A stretch of 64,000 bases of DNA from Candidatus Ozemobacteraceae bacterium (GTDB lineage: Bacteria > Muiribacteriota > Ozemobacteria > Ozemobacterales > Ozemobacteraceae): assembly GCA_965140445.1 (NCBI GenBank), contig OZ223236.1, forward strand, positions 3,296,001 to 3,360,000, read 5' to 3'. The position numbers were made by a program, and so were the translations under genes. Positions 21,321 through 31,354 of this stretch are shown here, piece after piece; the first letter of the stretch is position 1, and each line of letters opens with the position of its first letter. The notes beneath the pieces are model-generated. The model was not told the origin of the DNA, made no database searches, and was given only the letters and a program-made list of their open reading frames with translations.

Positions 21321-21485
21321 AAGATATATTGTATCAGCCTCTCAGAAAGTTCTTTGGTTTGCCAATTCCAGTTTTGTTTCTGGATCTACTTTTTTAAACC
21401 CAAAATTTTAAAAACAATGAAAATTTGCTATTTAAGCCTATTAGAATTAAAATCTATTCAAAAATAAAATACAGGCAGGAAAGTG

Positions 21486-23537
21486 ATGACTGAAATCTTT
21501 AAAAATAGAAATTTTAACTGGATGAAAAATGGCAAAACCCAATGGGAAAAGACATTTGATGAAATTCGTTCTCTTAAAATTGATGACTCAAACGACTGGG
21601 GAAGGTTTTTTGCTGGATTAAGAAATAGTCTGACAAATGGCTACGATTTACAGCAAATGATAGAAAAAGATTCAACTTTTAAAAGCTTCTCCCTAAAGGA
21701 ACTTCAGGAAAAAAATCTCCAATGGTACTCTGAAATACGTTCGGGCGAGCAGGGATATGAAAAATGCTTTGCCAATCCAGATTATGCAGTAAGTGTCTTT
21801 GAGTTAAAATTAGGACAGCTTTTATCTGCTATTTATGTAAATTTTCGCCAATGCTTAAACATGGCAAGAATTGGTAATTATTCAGAGATGCTCGCTTTAA
21901 ACGAATTTTTTCTTGAGCTATTTGAGCTTTATAACAAAAATGAAGCGAATTATGACAAAGTCTATTCAGCTTATAAAAGAAACGTTTATAACGACCTTGA
22001 AAATTCCTCATTTGCAAAAAATTATTTTAAATATGACCCCACTTTTGATTTGTATTATGAACTTATAAAAACATCAGAATTTGCTGATTTAAGATATCTA
22101 TATCGTTTTGGAATATATGTAGATCCCCAAATCGTAAAACTTGCAGAATTTTTAAATAACTACCCGCACGAAGAACTTGTTACAATCGCTAAAAACCATA
22201 TAGCAGCATATTTAAAGAGCTTTAATCATAAAAAACTGGATTATCGCAAAAAGAAATTCGCTAAGGTACATTATCCGCAAGGTATGGAAAAGCTGGCATT
22301 TCTCTATGGAGAAGAGCTTAAAAAAGTCGGTTTGATTCCTTCTTTTGGCTCACCAGACACTCAGGGTGCAAATGAACAATATGGTTATGATAATCGCTTT
22401 CAAAACGCTCTTTACTTAAATGAAGAGTTTGAAGAAAAATACAGTAAAATTTACGCCGATTGCATGAATGAAATGAAAGAAAACCTCAGAGCTATTTCAG
22501 GTTCTGTTGTAATCTGGCTGTTTGGACAAGAACCATTTGTCCCCGAAATAAAAGCCAATGCGATTCAAATGAGCGAAGAGCAGGATAAATTAATGCATAA
22601 AATGCAAAACAAGCTATCCAGTTTGTATTTTGACGCTGCACCAAGGGGTGAAACAAGCTTTAGCATTATTTCCTTCCCTTCAACCGAAATTGGAGAAAAT
22701 TTCGAAGAAATCTTTAAAGATACTATAGACTTGAATAATTTGAATGGCGATCACTATGAACAGATGCAGGAGCATATGATTGAAATTCTTGATCAATCAG
22801 ATTATGTAGAAGTTAAAGGGAAAGAGGGTAATAGAACCAATATATGTGTTCAGTTACCAAAACTGAAAGACCCTGAAACACAAACCAATTTCTTTAACTG
22901 CGGGGCAGACGTAAATATCCCGGTTGGAGAGATTTTTACATCACCAAAATTAACTGGAACTAACGGAGTCTTACATGTAGATGATATTTTCCTGTTTGGA
23001 TTACGTTATTACAACCTGGAAATAACTTTTAAAGATGGCATGATTACCGATTACACATGCTCCAACTTTGAGAATGAAGAAGAAAACAGGAAATACATGT
23101 TTGATAACCTTCTCAAGCCAAATAAAACCTTACCAATAGGGGAGTTTGCTATTGGAACAAACACCCTTGCTTACCAGATGGCGCAAAAACATCAGATTCA
23201 GCACCTTCTTCCCATATTGATTGTTGAAAAAATGGGACCTCACTTTGCAATAGGTGATACTTGCTTTGCGCATGAAGAAGAAAGTTACCAGACGGGTGTA
23301 ATTTCAGGCAAACTAATGGTAGCCACAGAAAATGAAAAAAGTGCTCTTCGTAAAACCGATCCTTCGCAAGCCTATACTCATAAGCATGTGGACATTACCC
23401 TCCCTTATGACATGCTTGCTGAAATTACCGCAGTAAAATCTGATGGCACAAGAGTACCAATCATTCTTGATGGTCTTTTTGTAGTGCCAGGAACTGAAGA
23501 GCTCAATATACCATTGAAAAAAATGAGAGAGAATTAA
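21486..23537 (+). CDS. M29 (aminopeptidase II/T-like) metallo-aminopeptidase with long N-terminal extension
   Basis: NIPVGEIFTSP, GEFAIGTN, EKMGPHFAIG and HVD metal-ligand motifs. Confidence 0.8.
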   Translation: MTEIFKNRNFNWMKNGKTQWEKTFDEIRSLKIDDSNDWGRFFAGLRNSLTNGYDLQQMIEKDSTFKSFSLKELQEKNLQWYSEIRSGEQGYEKCFANPDYAVSVFELKLGQLLSAIYVNFRQCLNMARIGNYSEMLALNEFFLELFELYNKNEANYDKVYSAYKRNVYNDLENSSFAKNYFKYDPTFDLYYELIKTSEFADLRYLYRFGIYVDPQIVKLAEFLNNYPHEELVTIAKNHIAAYLKSFNHKKLDYRKKKFAKVHYPQGMEKLAFLYGEELKKVGLIPSFGSPDTQGANEQYGYDNRFQNALYLNEEFEEKYSKIYADCMNEMKENLRAISGSVVIWLFGQEPFVPEIKANAIQMSEEQDKLMHKMQNKLSSLYFDAAPRGETSFSIISFPSTEIGENFEEIFKDTIDLNNLNGDHYEQMQEHMIEILDQSDYVEVKGKEGNRTNICVQLPKLKDPETQTNFFNCGADVNIPVGEIFTSPKLTGTNGVLHVDDIFLFGLRYYNLEITFKDGMITDYTCSNFENEEENRKYMFDNLLKPNKTLPIGEFAIGTNTLAYQMAQKHQIQHLLPILIVEKMGPHFAIGDTCFAHEEESYQTGVISGKLMVATENEKSALRKTDPSQAYTHKHVDITLPYDMLAEITAVKSDGTRVPIILDGLFVVPGTEELNIPLKKMREN

Positions 23538-23584
23538 TGGCAGTCAAATAGGCTCATTTAATTTCTAAAAGAACGTTCTCTTTA

Positions 23585-23630
23585 AAAAAAGCCAATCTGT
23601 TTTAAATCCATTAAACAGGTTGGCTTTTTT
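23585..23630 (+). terminator. intrinsic terminator
   Basis: AAAAAAGCCAATCTGTTT...AAACAGGTTGGCTTTTTT hairpin after the aminopeptidase gene. Confidence 0.75.
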
Positions 23631-23696
23631 CTTAAAGAAGGTTGTTACAAACAATTTTCATTAGTAAACTAATTAAAACTTTTGTTGGGGGCTTTA

Positions 23697-24074
23697 ATGG
23701 GTATTATTTTAGTATTTGGGATAATTGTTTTTGTAATTATTTTGTTGTCTGTGACCGGCTCAAACGAAAAAGTAAATAATCAGGATTCTGATGTAGAAAA
23801 TGTAGATATTGAGCCTCCTGAAATATCTCAAGAAATAATGCCACTTGTAGAATGGCTATGTGAACAGGCTTTAATTGAGATAAGTGTTAAAGTCTGGGAA
23901 GACACTATTGCATTAAAAAGATTTGTTGATGCCAGTGAAAAAGCTTTAAAAGAACTAGAAGAGAAAGAAGAAACAGAGATAAATCTACCTTTTATAGCAG
24001 TTGCGGCAGATGGACCAAAGCATTTCTCGATAAAAATTGACAGAATAAAATGCAAAGAGCTTGGAGTAATGTAA
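23697..24074 (+). CDS. small membrane-anchored protein with DnaK/Hsp70 subdomain IIB-like segment
   Basis: N-terminal TM helix; C-terminal ALKRFVDASEKALKELEEKEETEINLPFIAVAADGPKHFSIKIDR resembles the DnaK segment containing INLPYIT..GPKH. Confidence 0.7.
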   Translation: MGIILVFGIIVFVIILLSVTGSNEKVNNQDSDVENVDIEPPEISQEIMPLVEWLCEQALIEISVKVWEDTIALKRFVDASEKALKELEEKEETEINLPFIAVAADGPKHFSIKIDRIKCKELGVM

Positions 24075-24112
24075 AAAAGGCCTGGTTCATTTCTTTGAAC
24101 CAGGCCTATTTT
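24075..24112. terminator. bidirectional intrinsic terminator
   Basis: Perfect 12-bp stem AGGCCTGGTTCA/TGAACCAGGCCT between convergent genes. Confidence 0.8.
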
Positions 24113-24128
24113 GGTTATAGCAAAAAGC

Positions 24129-25295
24129 TTAAAGATTACCGAGCTGTTTTAACTTTCTAGCTGCGTATCTGTCGTTTTCTTGAACAAGTTGATATTGAAG
24201 AGTTGTCTGAAGATCTTTCCCGATAACTTCAAACAGTCCAGGATGCTTCTTTTTCATTTCCTTAAGAGCTTTTAATACCTCGTCTACGACGATATATGAA
24301 TGTTTATCCAGATCTTTTCGAATGTCTTTGTTAAAGTCTTTTCTTAAAGAAGTGAATTTTTTTCCGGCAATATTATCTTCAGAGCCATTTTTGCTTAGTT
24401 TGCCAAGAGTTTTCATTCTGGCAAGCTTCAAGTGAATTGGAATTCTATATTGGCTGGCATATATAATTTGTCCGCTTATTACAGAACCAACATAGGCACC
24501 AACAATCGTTCCTGCTCCCGGAAGAAGAAAGCTACCCACAACAGAACCAATAGAGCTTCCAGTCATCTCTCCCAACATAGTCGGTATGTTTTTTACCAGG
24601 CAAAGAACAAAGAAATGTGCAAAATGTCCCATTTTGCTGGAAACATATAGAACTTTTTTCAAATTGGTATCGCCCATTTCATCTGCACGGTTCTGAAGTT
24701 CTTTTTTCAGTTTTTCCAGTTTTTCAGGTGAAAATGAGGTAAGAACTTCAGCTGTTAAATTAGCAAGTTTTCTAACTCTAGCTTCTTCAAGAAACTTAAG
24801 AACAGTTTCACCAATAGGGTTGTAAGCCAGGTTTACCCCAGGGGTAACTCGTGCAATACTTGAAAGAATGTTTTCCTGAAAAACAATCAATTCTCCATCT
24901 ATCTCATAAACCATGTTTCCATTTTTCGACACTGGATTCTTAAGGAGAAAATCGAAAGCAAATTGTCCATCGGAGGAATAAATCTTTTCCCCTTTAATAA
25001 ACATTTTATGAATACTTTTAGAAACAGCGAGCGTGCCCTCAATTTCTATGTATAAACGATGAAACTTCTGGTCATAAAAAGTATCTTTAATTGCTATGTT
25101 TGACTCGGATTTTTTATTAAATGCAGAAACAAATTCTTTTGCTGCGAAAATACTTTTATCAGCTATTTTTTTGTGTAATTTATCAGCTTCTGGTCCAAAA
25201 AAATCGTTACTATTGCTTGCCAAAGCAAGATTAGAATTTAAAGCAAAAGATAAAATCAAGCACAAACCAAAAACAAAAAATCTTTTGAATTTCAC
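24129..25295 (-). CDS. secreted hypothetical protein with glycine-zipper segment
   Basis: Signal peptide; GSSIGSVVGSFLLPGAGTIVGAYVGS; GTG start with AGGAG RBS. Confidence 0.7.
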   Translation of the reverse strand: MKFKRFFVFGLCLILSFALNSNLALASNSNDFFGPEADKLHKKIADKSIFAAKEFVSAFNKKSESNIAIKDTFYDQKFHRLYIEIEGTLAVSKSIHKMFIKGEKIYSSDGQFAFDFLLKNPVSKNGNMVYEIDGELIVFQENILSSIARVTPGVNLAYNPIGETVLKFLEEARVRKLANLTAEVLTSFSPEKLEKLKKELQNRADEMGDTNLKKVLYVSSKMGHFAHFFVLCLVKNIPTMLGEMTGSSIGSVVGSFLLPGAGTIVGAYVGSVISGQIIYASQYRIPIHLKLARMKTLGKLSKNGSEDNIAGKKFTSLRKDFNKDIRKDLDKHSYIVVDEVLKALKEMKKKHPGLFEVIGKDLQTTLQYQLVQENDRYAARKLKQLGNL

Positions 25296-25335
25296 AAAAA
25301 TCTCTCCTTAAAACTTTTAGTTTCGAATAAATAAC

Positions 25336-25351
25336 AGCAATTCCTATGCCA
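25336..25351 (-). promoter_or_regulatory. sigma54 (-24/-12) promoter
   Basis: Minus strand reads TGGCATAGGAATTGCT, matching TGGCAC-N5-TTGC with correct GG/GC spacing, ~40 nt upstream of the 25295 start. Confidence 0.7.
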
Positions 25352-25430
25352 TTCATTATTTCACTAGATCAGCGTTTCCGCGTTATCAACATCAAAAAAT
25401 AGATGAAAAATCAGCACCAGGTCGCAAATT

Positions 25431-26723
25431 TTAATCTTTAACCGATTCTTCCTCCTCATCTTCTTTGACAGCTGGGGCATCAATCTGCACCATATCGTCT
25501 TTATTTAAGCCTGATACAATTTCAATAAATGAAATACCGCTTGCTCCTATTACCACGGATTTCTTTTCAGGCTCTCCTGTCCTGTTTTTTACCCAGACAA
25601 AGGGTTTATCGTTTTCATCTTTTTCAACAGCTATAACAGGAATATACAAGCATTGACTGGCGATAATTGATTTAATTTCTGCCTTAAAAGACATTCCTGG
25701 TCGCAAAATTTCATCATGATCCAGAATGTCGATTACAACCTTGTTCTCTTCAAGCGTTCCTTCAGGATCATTCCTGCCAAGTCTTTCATTGCGCGTAACA
25801 GGATAGTTGTCTTTTATCCCCACAACAGCTTTAAGTTTTTTATCGGGTTGAGCAGTTAGATAAAGGTCAACCTGATCGCCAATCTTAACAAATTTGGAAT
25901 CTGAAGGATTTATGTAGATGGTCCCCTGAAAATTATCCAGATTTGGTATCTCCAGAAGCTTATCTCCCGGTGAAACAACTTTGTTTTTTTCAACCTTGCC
26001 TTTCTCATTATTCAAGCGAACAAATGGTTTAAAAATGATTCCATCCCGTGGAGAAAGCACTTTTGAACTGGCAATTTTGGTTCTCTGATCCTCCATCTTT
26101 TTTTCAGCTTCTTTAACCTGAAGCTTTTTAACAACAAGAGCAACTTCCTTTTCCTTCTCAAATTCCATTCGTGAATTATTGGCCTGTTTCAGTTCCATTT
26201 GAGCCATTTTTACATTCAGTTTTGATTTTTCCAAATCAATTTTTGAGATAATATTAGAATTCTCGACAACCATGACTTTTGCCTTGGCCAATTCCAGTTC
26301 CTTACGCTGTATTGCAAGATCCAGTTCGATTAATCTATTCTTTAAATCAAAATTGGTTTTTTCATATTCTGCTTTTGCAACTTCAAGATCGTTTTTGGCA
26401 CTTTCCAATTCTTTTTGAAATGAACTGGAATCAAATTCCAGGATTAAATCACCTTTTTTTACGCTACAGCCATCTTCTAATACTTCTTTAACGGTAAGGT
26501 AATATTCGTTTTTCATTTCCGGGGCATGAATATTGGTAGTATCTTTGGTTTGGACTTCTCCAAAATAAACAGTGCTTTCCAGACAGTCTCCAAATTTTAC
26601 GGGAACAAATATTCCATCTGGTTTTTCAGAAAAGCCAAAATTGAATCCTGACAAAAATAAAACGCACAATCCCAAAACAAACAATGGCAAAGCGCGGTAA
26701 AAATGCTTAAAACTATTATTCAT
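25431..26723 (-). CDS. efflux periplasmic adaptor (MacA/HlyD-like)
   Basis: N-terminal anchor; lipoyl half-motifs (VKKGDLI, SPRDG); coiled coil; LRPGMS. Confidence 0.85.
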   Translation of the reverse strand: MNNSFKHFYRALPLFVLGLCVLFLSGFNFGFSEKPDGIFVPVKFGDCLESTVYFGEVQTKDTTNIHAPEMKNEYYLTVKEVLEDGCSVKKGDLILEFDSSSFQKELESAKNDLEVAKAEYEKTNFDLKNRLIELDLAIQRKELELAKAKVMVVENSNIISKIDLEKSKLNVKMAQMELKQANNSRMEFEKEKEVALVVKKLQVKEAEKKMEDQRTKIASSKVLSPRDGIIFKPFVRLNNEKGKVEKNKVVSPGDKLLEIPNLDNFQGTIYINPSDSKFVKIGDQVDLYLTAQPDKKLKAVVGIKDNYPVTRNERLGRNDPEGTLEENKVVIDILDHDEILRPGMSFKAEIKSIIASQCLYIPVIAVEKDENDKPFVWVKNRTGEPEKKSVVIGASGISFIEIVSGLNKDDMVQIDAPAVKEDEEEESVKD

Positions 26724-27969
26724 GGTGTAAAGCCTCCACAGGGTTCAATTGAGCCGCTTTCCAGGCTGGCATAATTCCAAACAAAACTCCTGTCAAAAAT
26801 GAGATCCCAAAAGAGATCAAGATAGGTTGAAATGAAAAGAAAACCGAGATTTCAGTGAAATGTGAGATAGAATAGCTTATTCCAAGCCCGGTACAAATCC
26901 CGATTCCGCCTCCAATAAAGCAAACAAGAACTGATTCAAACAAAAACTGGAAAATAATATGATGACGTTTAGCTCCCAGAGCCCTACGTAAACCAATTTC
27001 TGATCTTCGTTCAAGAACATTCGCAAGCATAATATTCATAATCCCGATACCACCGACCAGTAAAGAAATTGAAGCAATGCTTAGCAAAACGATATTGAGA
27101 ATTCTTTGTGTGGATTGCTTTTGCTCAAGCAATTCCAAAGGCGAAACAATTTTATAATCTACCCGGGCATTATGAGAAACCTGAAGAACCTTTTCTGCAA
27201 CAGTTTTTATCTGTGTGGTTTCTTTTAAATTCTGGCATTTAATAAGAATTCGCCTTAATTCTGCATAAATTTCCAGCGGGTTAATCTTTTCCATACTCGT
27301 GGAGAAGGGCACAAATACAGATTTGTTAAATTCATTAGGATTAACCGGTAGGCCACGTTTCCCCTTTTTCCTGTTAACGGCAAATGGTTTTTCATAAACA
27401 CCAACAATTTTTAACCACTTATAATTCAAGCTGAAAAACTTTCCAATGGCTTTTTGTGGGGTGCCAAAAATCTGCCTGGCGTATTCCATGCTTATTAGAC
27501 CCACAGAAGCGTTTGATGAAAAGTCATGTGCTATAAAATCTCGGCCGGCAACGATAACCATGTCGTTAACTTTTACAAAATTTTGGCTGACAGCGTAGGT
27601 GTCCAGGTCATAAATTTGAACATTCCAATTGGTAGTTTTAATTTTAATTTTATCCATATAGGCTATCTGCCTGTTTTCCATTGGAATTACGTTTCTTAGG
27701 GCTCTTACATCTGCTACTGTTAGTCCAAGTGAGTCATTAATAATTTGTGAAATCATTGAATTTGAGACTTTTTGAGGAAGGATTTGGACCAAAGTCGCAC
27801 CCATGGCGTTGATATTTTCCAGAATCTTTTTTTGTGCGCCTTCGCCAATGGTTACCATTGCGATAACTGAAGCTACTCCAAAAATAATTCCCAGGAGGGT
27901 AAGTCCAGTCCGAAAAATATTCATCCTGAATTGAGTAAGGCTGCCTTTTACAAGGGTTGAAATTCTCAT
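26716..27969 (-). CDS. MacB-like ABC permease
   Basis: RTGLTLLGIIFGVASVI, ISLLVGGIGIMNIML, ERRSEIGLRRALGA, PAWKAAQLNPVEAL. Confidence 0.92.
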   Translation of the reverse strand: MRISTLVKGSLTQFRMNIFRTGLTLLGIIFGVASVIAMVTIGEGAQKKILENINAMGATLVQILPQKVSNSMISQIINDSLGLTVADVRALRNVIPMENRQIAYMDKIKIKTTNWNVQIYDLDTYAVSQNFVKVNDMVIVAGRDFIAHDFSSNASVGLISMEYARQIFGTPQKAIGKFFSLNYKWLKIVGVYEKPFAVNRKKGKRGLPVNPNEFNKSVFVPFSTSMEKINPLEIYAELRRILIKCQNLKETTQIKTVAEKVLQVSHNARVDYKIVSPLELLEQKQSTQRILNIVLLSIASISLLVGGIGIMNIMLANVLERRSEIGLRRALGAKRHHIIFQFLFESVLVCFIGGGIGICTGLGISYSISHFTEISVFFSFQPILISFGISFLTGVLFGIMPAWKAAQLNPVEALHHE

Positions 27970-28973
27970 TTCGCCAGCCTCACTTTAACGTTGCCAAGAT
28001 TTGATGCTTTTAAATCCTTCTGAATGGCGGCTTTTACAATAAAGCATTTATCCCAGGCATTAGGGAGTCTGAAATTTTTCATTACATCCCCAATCAACTG
28101 TGGGAAATAACTGATATCTACGACCTTAGCAGAAAACTCGGTCTCCGACGAAGAATTAATAAAAACCTTATCCCCTTTTTTAACCTTCATAAAATCCTTT
28201 TCGGGAAGGTAAAAAATAAGTTCACTCTTTTCGGATCTTACAAGAGAAAGAAAATGGACCCCGGAATTCAATCTATCCCCAGGTCTGATTTTGCGATTTT
28301 GATGTTCCAAGGTAGGGTAAAAGAGATATCCATCTTCGGGGGCATAAATTTTATATCTGGCTTTGGTGGAATCAAATATCTCATAATAGTTTTTCCAGAT
28401 GTTTTCCTTTTTCTCAAAAAGTTTTTTCTTAATCTCAAGATTTTCTTTGGCAGCTTTAAGCTTGTGTTTTAGAGCTTCTGATTCAAAGGCCAATAGATTA
28501 AAGTCACAATCCAAAATTTTCTGTTTTATCAAAGAAAGGTGACTCTTTTTCTGAAGATCCAGCTTTGCTTGTTGAGTTCTGATGGTCATTGCTTCCAATT
28601 GCTGTTGAACCTGAATAATGTGTTTTTCTAGATAAAGTAAGTCACTTTGGTTATTTGCCTTAATTTGAGGAAACTGCCGATCAAGATGATCTCTTGCCCC
28701 ATCCATCCGAAACAGAAATTCAGCGATGCAGTCACCAGCTTTAACCTTTTTTCCTTCTTTTTCAATTGTAGAAATTTGAATGCCATTACTGGAAGAACCC
28801 CAGAAAGGCAAACTAAAGGTATTTTGTGGGGCGCCAAAGGCTATAAAATCTTTCGGAACAATCTGGCCATCGTATTGCTCTAGCTCCTTAGCTGAAATAG
28901 CCGCAAGACAGACGAGAAGAAAAACTAACACCGTTGTTAAATTAAAAACAGACCTGGACATTGATTTCAACAT
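27966..28973 (-). CDS. second HlyD-family periplasmic adaptor
   Basis: Signal peptide; EGKKVKAGD, coiled coil, IYAPEDG. Confidence 0.75.
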   Translation of the reverse strand: MLKSMSRSVFNLTTVLVFLLVCLAAISAKELEQYDGQIVPKDFIAFGAPQNTFSLPFWGSSSNGIQISTIEKEGKKVKAGDCIAEFLFRMDGARDHLDRQFPQIKANNQSDLLYLEKHIIQVQQQLEAMTIRTQQAKLDLQKKSHLSLIKQKILDCDFNLLAFESEALKHKLKAAKENLEIKKKLFEKKENIWKNYYEIFDSTKARYKIYAPEDGYLFYPTLEHQNRKIRPGDRLNSGVHFLSLVRSEKSELIFYLPEKDFMKVKKGDKVFINSSSETEFSAKVVDISYFPQLIGDVMKNFRLPNAWDKCFIVKAAIQKDLKASNLGNVKVRLAK

Positions 28974-29671
28974 GCTTTCCCTCCTTCGGAGGGAACAAAA
29001 CCATGCTTCAGTTGTCCATCAGACATTACAAGGCAACGATCAGTCATCTCAGCTACTTCTCTTGAGTGAGTAATAATTATTATGGTTATTCCAAATTCTT
29101 TATTTAAACTGCGAAATAGCTGCATTATCTCTAATCCAACTTTTACATCAAGGTTTCCGGTGGGTTCATCTGCCAGAATGAGTTTCGGGTGTTTAACCAG
29201 CGCCCTGGCAATTGCAACTCTCTGTCGTTCGCCACCGCTAAGTTGCCGGGGAAGATGATCGAGTCTATGTCCCAATTGCACACGATCAAGCCATTTTTTA
29301 GCCTGAATATCTGCATCTTTGTTCGAAAAATTGAGAAATTCCAATGGGAATTTCACATTATCCAAAACCGTTAAATATTTCAGTAGATGAAATTGTTGAA
29401 ATATAAAACCAATGGTTTTCGCTCGAATATCTGACAACTGGTTATCTGTCATTGTTTCGATAGAAGTGCCTTCCAGAAAATAGTTTCCTGAAGTGGCTGT
29501 ATCCAGACAACCAAGAATATTCATCAAAGTTGATTTTCCCGACCCAGAGGGACCCATAATCGAAAGGAATTCTCCTTTTTTAATGGAAAAAGAAACTCCC
29601 TTCAAAACTGGCACATCTACTAAACCAAGATTATAGTGCTTTACTATGTTATCAACAGAAATCAGGGTCAT
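28967..29671 (-). CDS. ABC transporter ATP-binding protein (MacB/LolD type)
   Basis: GPSGSGKST, LSGGERQRVAIARAL, ADEPTGNLD. Confidence 0.93.
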   Translation of the reverse strand: MTLISVDNIVKHYNLGLVDVPVLKGVSFSIKKGEFLSIMGPSGSGKSTLMNILGCLDTATSGNYFLEGTSIETMTDNQLSDIRAKTIGFIFQQFHLLKYLTVLDNVKFPLEFLNFSNKDADIQAKKWLDRVQLGHRLDHLPRQLSGGERQRVAIARALVKHPKLILADEPTGNLDVKVGLEIMQLFRSLNKEFGITIIIITHSREVAEMTDRCLVMSDGQLKHGFVPSEGGKAC

Positions 29672-31092
29672 GACTCAATCTCAATATCAAAAAACTTGAA
29701 GAGGGTTCCTTCGATGAGAAGTTTCTGGATGCGAAACTTATTTAACAAGACAAGAGTTCTTATCTCCTGAAGGGTTGAGTCCTCCAGCTCCCGTTGAAAT
29801 CTAACTACGTCCGCCAAAGTTGAAATTCCGTTTTTATATTTTTCTGTTTCGTTTTCAAGTTTTTTTCTGGCTAGTTCTGTGGCTCTTCCTTTAGCCTTTA
29901 AAACACTTCGTTGGTGTTTAATATCCAGAAACAGCTTTCTTATGTCATACTTCAGATTAAACTTCACATCGCCCATTGAAAGCTCGCTTCTTTTAATGGC
30001 AATTTTCGATTTATCCAGCAAAGCTCGATCCGATCTTCTTGATAGTGGAACCTCATAGACAAGACCTATGGAATATTCATCCTTGCCGTAACTTGAATCC
30101 CTGCGGGTAATATCATAATTAGCCTGGAAATCCAAAATGGGAAGAAGTTGGTTTCTGTATATATCCATATCCAGCCGTGATTTTTGCAGAGCAAAAGCTT
30201 TTATTTTAAAACTTGGATTATTAGCAAAGGTAATGCTTTGAGTTTCTTCCAGATTCATCTGATCGTTTAAACAAGCCTCAAAGGAATCACTTGCAATAAA
30301 GGAATTAGTATCCGGTGTATCAATATTCAATAATCGCTTTATGCTAAGCTCATAATAGGCAATGTCTCTTAACGCAGAATCCTTTTTGATTTCAAAATTA
30401 ACAACGTTCTCTTCTACCAGGTATATTTCCTGTTCAGGTAATACGCCTTTCTCAATATCATTTTGGGTGTCATTAAATTGCTTCTTAGCTCTTTCAAGGG
30501 CCTGTTCCTGAATTCTCAGATTTTCGCGGGCAAAATACAATTCAAAATACAAACTCGAAAGCTGCTGAATAAATTGATTTAGCTCATATTTGAACAGCTC
30601 CAGACTGGTTTCATATTCAATGGTTTTTATATCAATGTTTATGCCTGTAATCTGTTTTCCAAAATTTTGCAGAAGAGGTCGATTGAGCGAAAAAGAAGCG
30701 TATTTAGTATGATCTCTGTTTGCGGGTGAATATGCTTTACCTGATAAATCAAGACCAAATGTTGTCCCATTCTCAGTCTTTTTCTCCAGGGAATATGAAT
30801 AGTCGATTCCAGTTCTGCCTGATCTTGCGCCGCTCAAAGCTGCTTTCGCATTTGGAATGAAGATTTTCCTTGCTCCTTCAATTTCCAACTTCTTTTCTTT
30901 TGGGGCAAGCTGTTCAGAGAGAATCTGAAGATTCTGTGAAACTCCCATTTTAATGCATTCGTTCAGGGTAATGATTTTTGTTTCAGCAGCTAGAAGTTGT
31001 ACACAAAATAGTGATCCAAAAATAAAACATGAGAATGCCAGCCTGATTTTTCCTTTTAAACTTCTTCCGAACAATGCGTAATTCTTTCTCAA
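29668..31092 (-). CDS. TolC-family outer membrane efflux protein
   Basis: Signal peptide; two OEP-like halves (YFELY...KGVL; KYKNGISTLADV); first gene of the efflux operon. Confidence 0.85.
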   Translation of the reverse strand: MRKNYALFGRSLKGKIRLAFSCFIFGSLFCVQLLAAETKIITLNECIKMGVSQNLQILSEQLAPKEKKLEIEGARKIFIPNAKAALSGARSGRTGIDYSYSLEKKTENGTTFGLDLSGKAYSPANRDHTKYASFSLNRPLLQNFGKQITGINIDIKTIEYETSLELFKYELNQFIQQLSSLYFELYFARENLRIQEQALERAKKQFNDTQNDIEKGVLPEQEIYLVEENVVNFEIKKDSALRDIAYYELSIKRLLNIDTPDTNSFIASDSFEACLNDQMNLEETQSITFANNPSFKIKAFALQKSRLDMDIYRNQLLPILDFQANYDITRRDSSYGKDEYSIGLVYEVPLSRRSDRALLDKSKIAIKRSELSMGDVKFNLKYDIRKLFLDIKHQRSVLKAKGRATELARKKLENETEKYKNGISTLADVVRFQRELEDSTLQEIRTLVLLNKFRIQKLLIEGTLFKFFDIEIES

Positions 31093-31354
31093 GAAAGTAT
31101 CTCCAGGCGGGAAAATTAGAAATAAATTGTCGCTATTTTTCCCTAGATTTGAATGCCAAAATTATTTAATAAATTTTTATCAACCAATACGATAAATGCA
31201 GGCAAAGGTAACAACTTTTCGCCTCCTTTGTATAGCTCAAAATATACAATAAGAGAAAGTCTTTCATATTTTCCCCAGAATTCCCACATTTCTTCATTTA
31301 TTCATTAGTATTAATCAGAGAGCAAAAAAATGAATATTTTGAAGGGTACATTAT

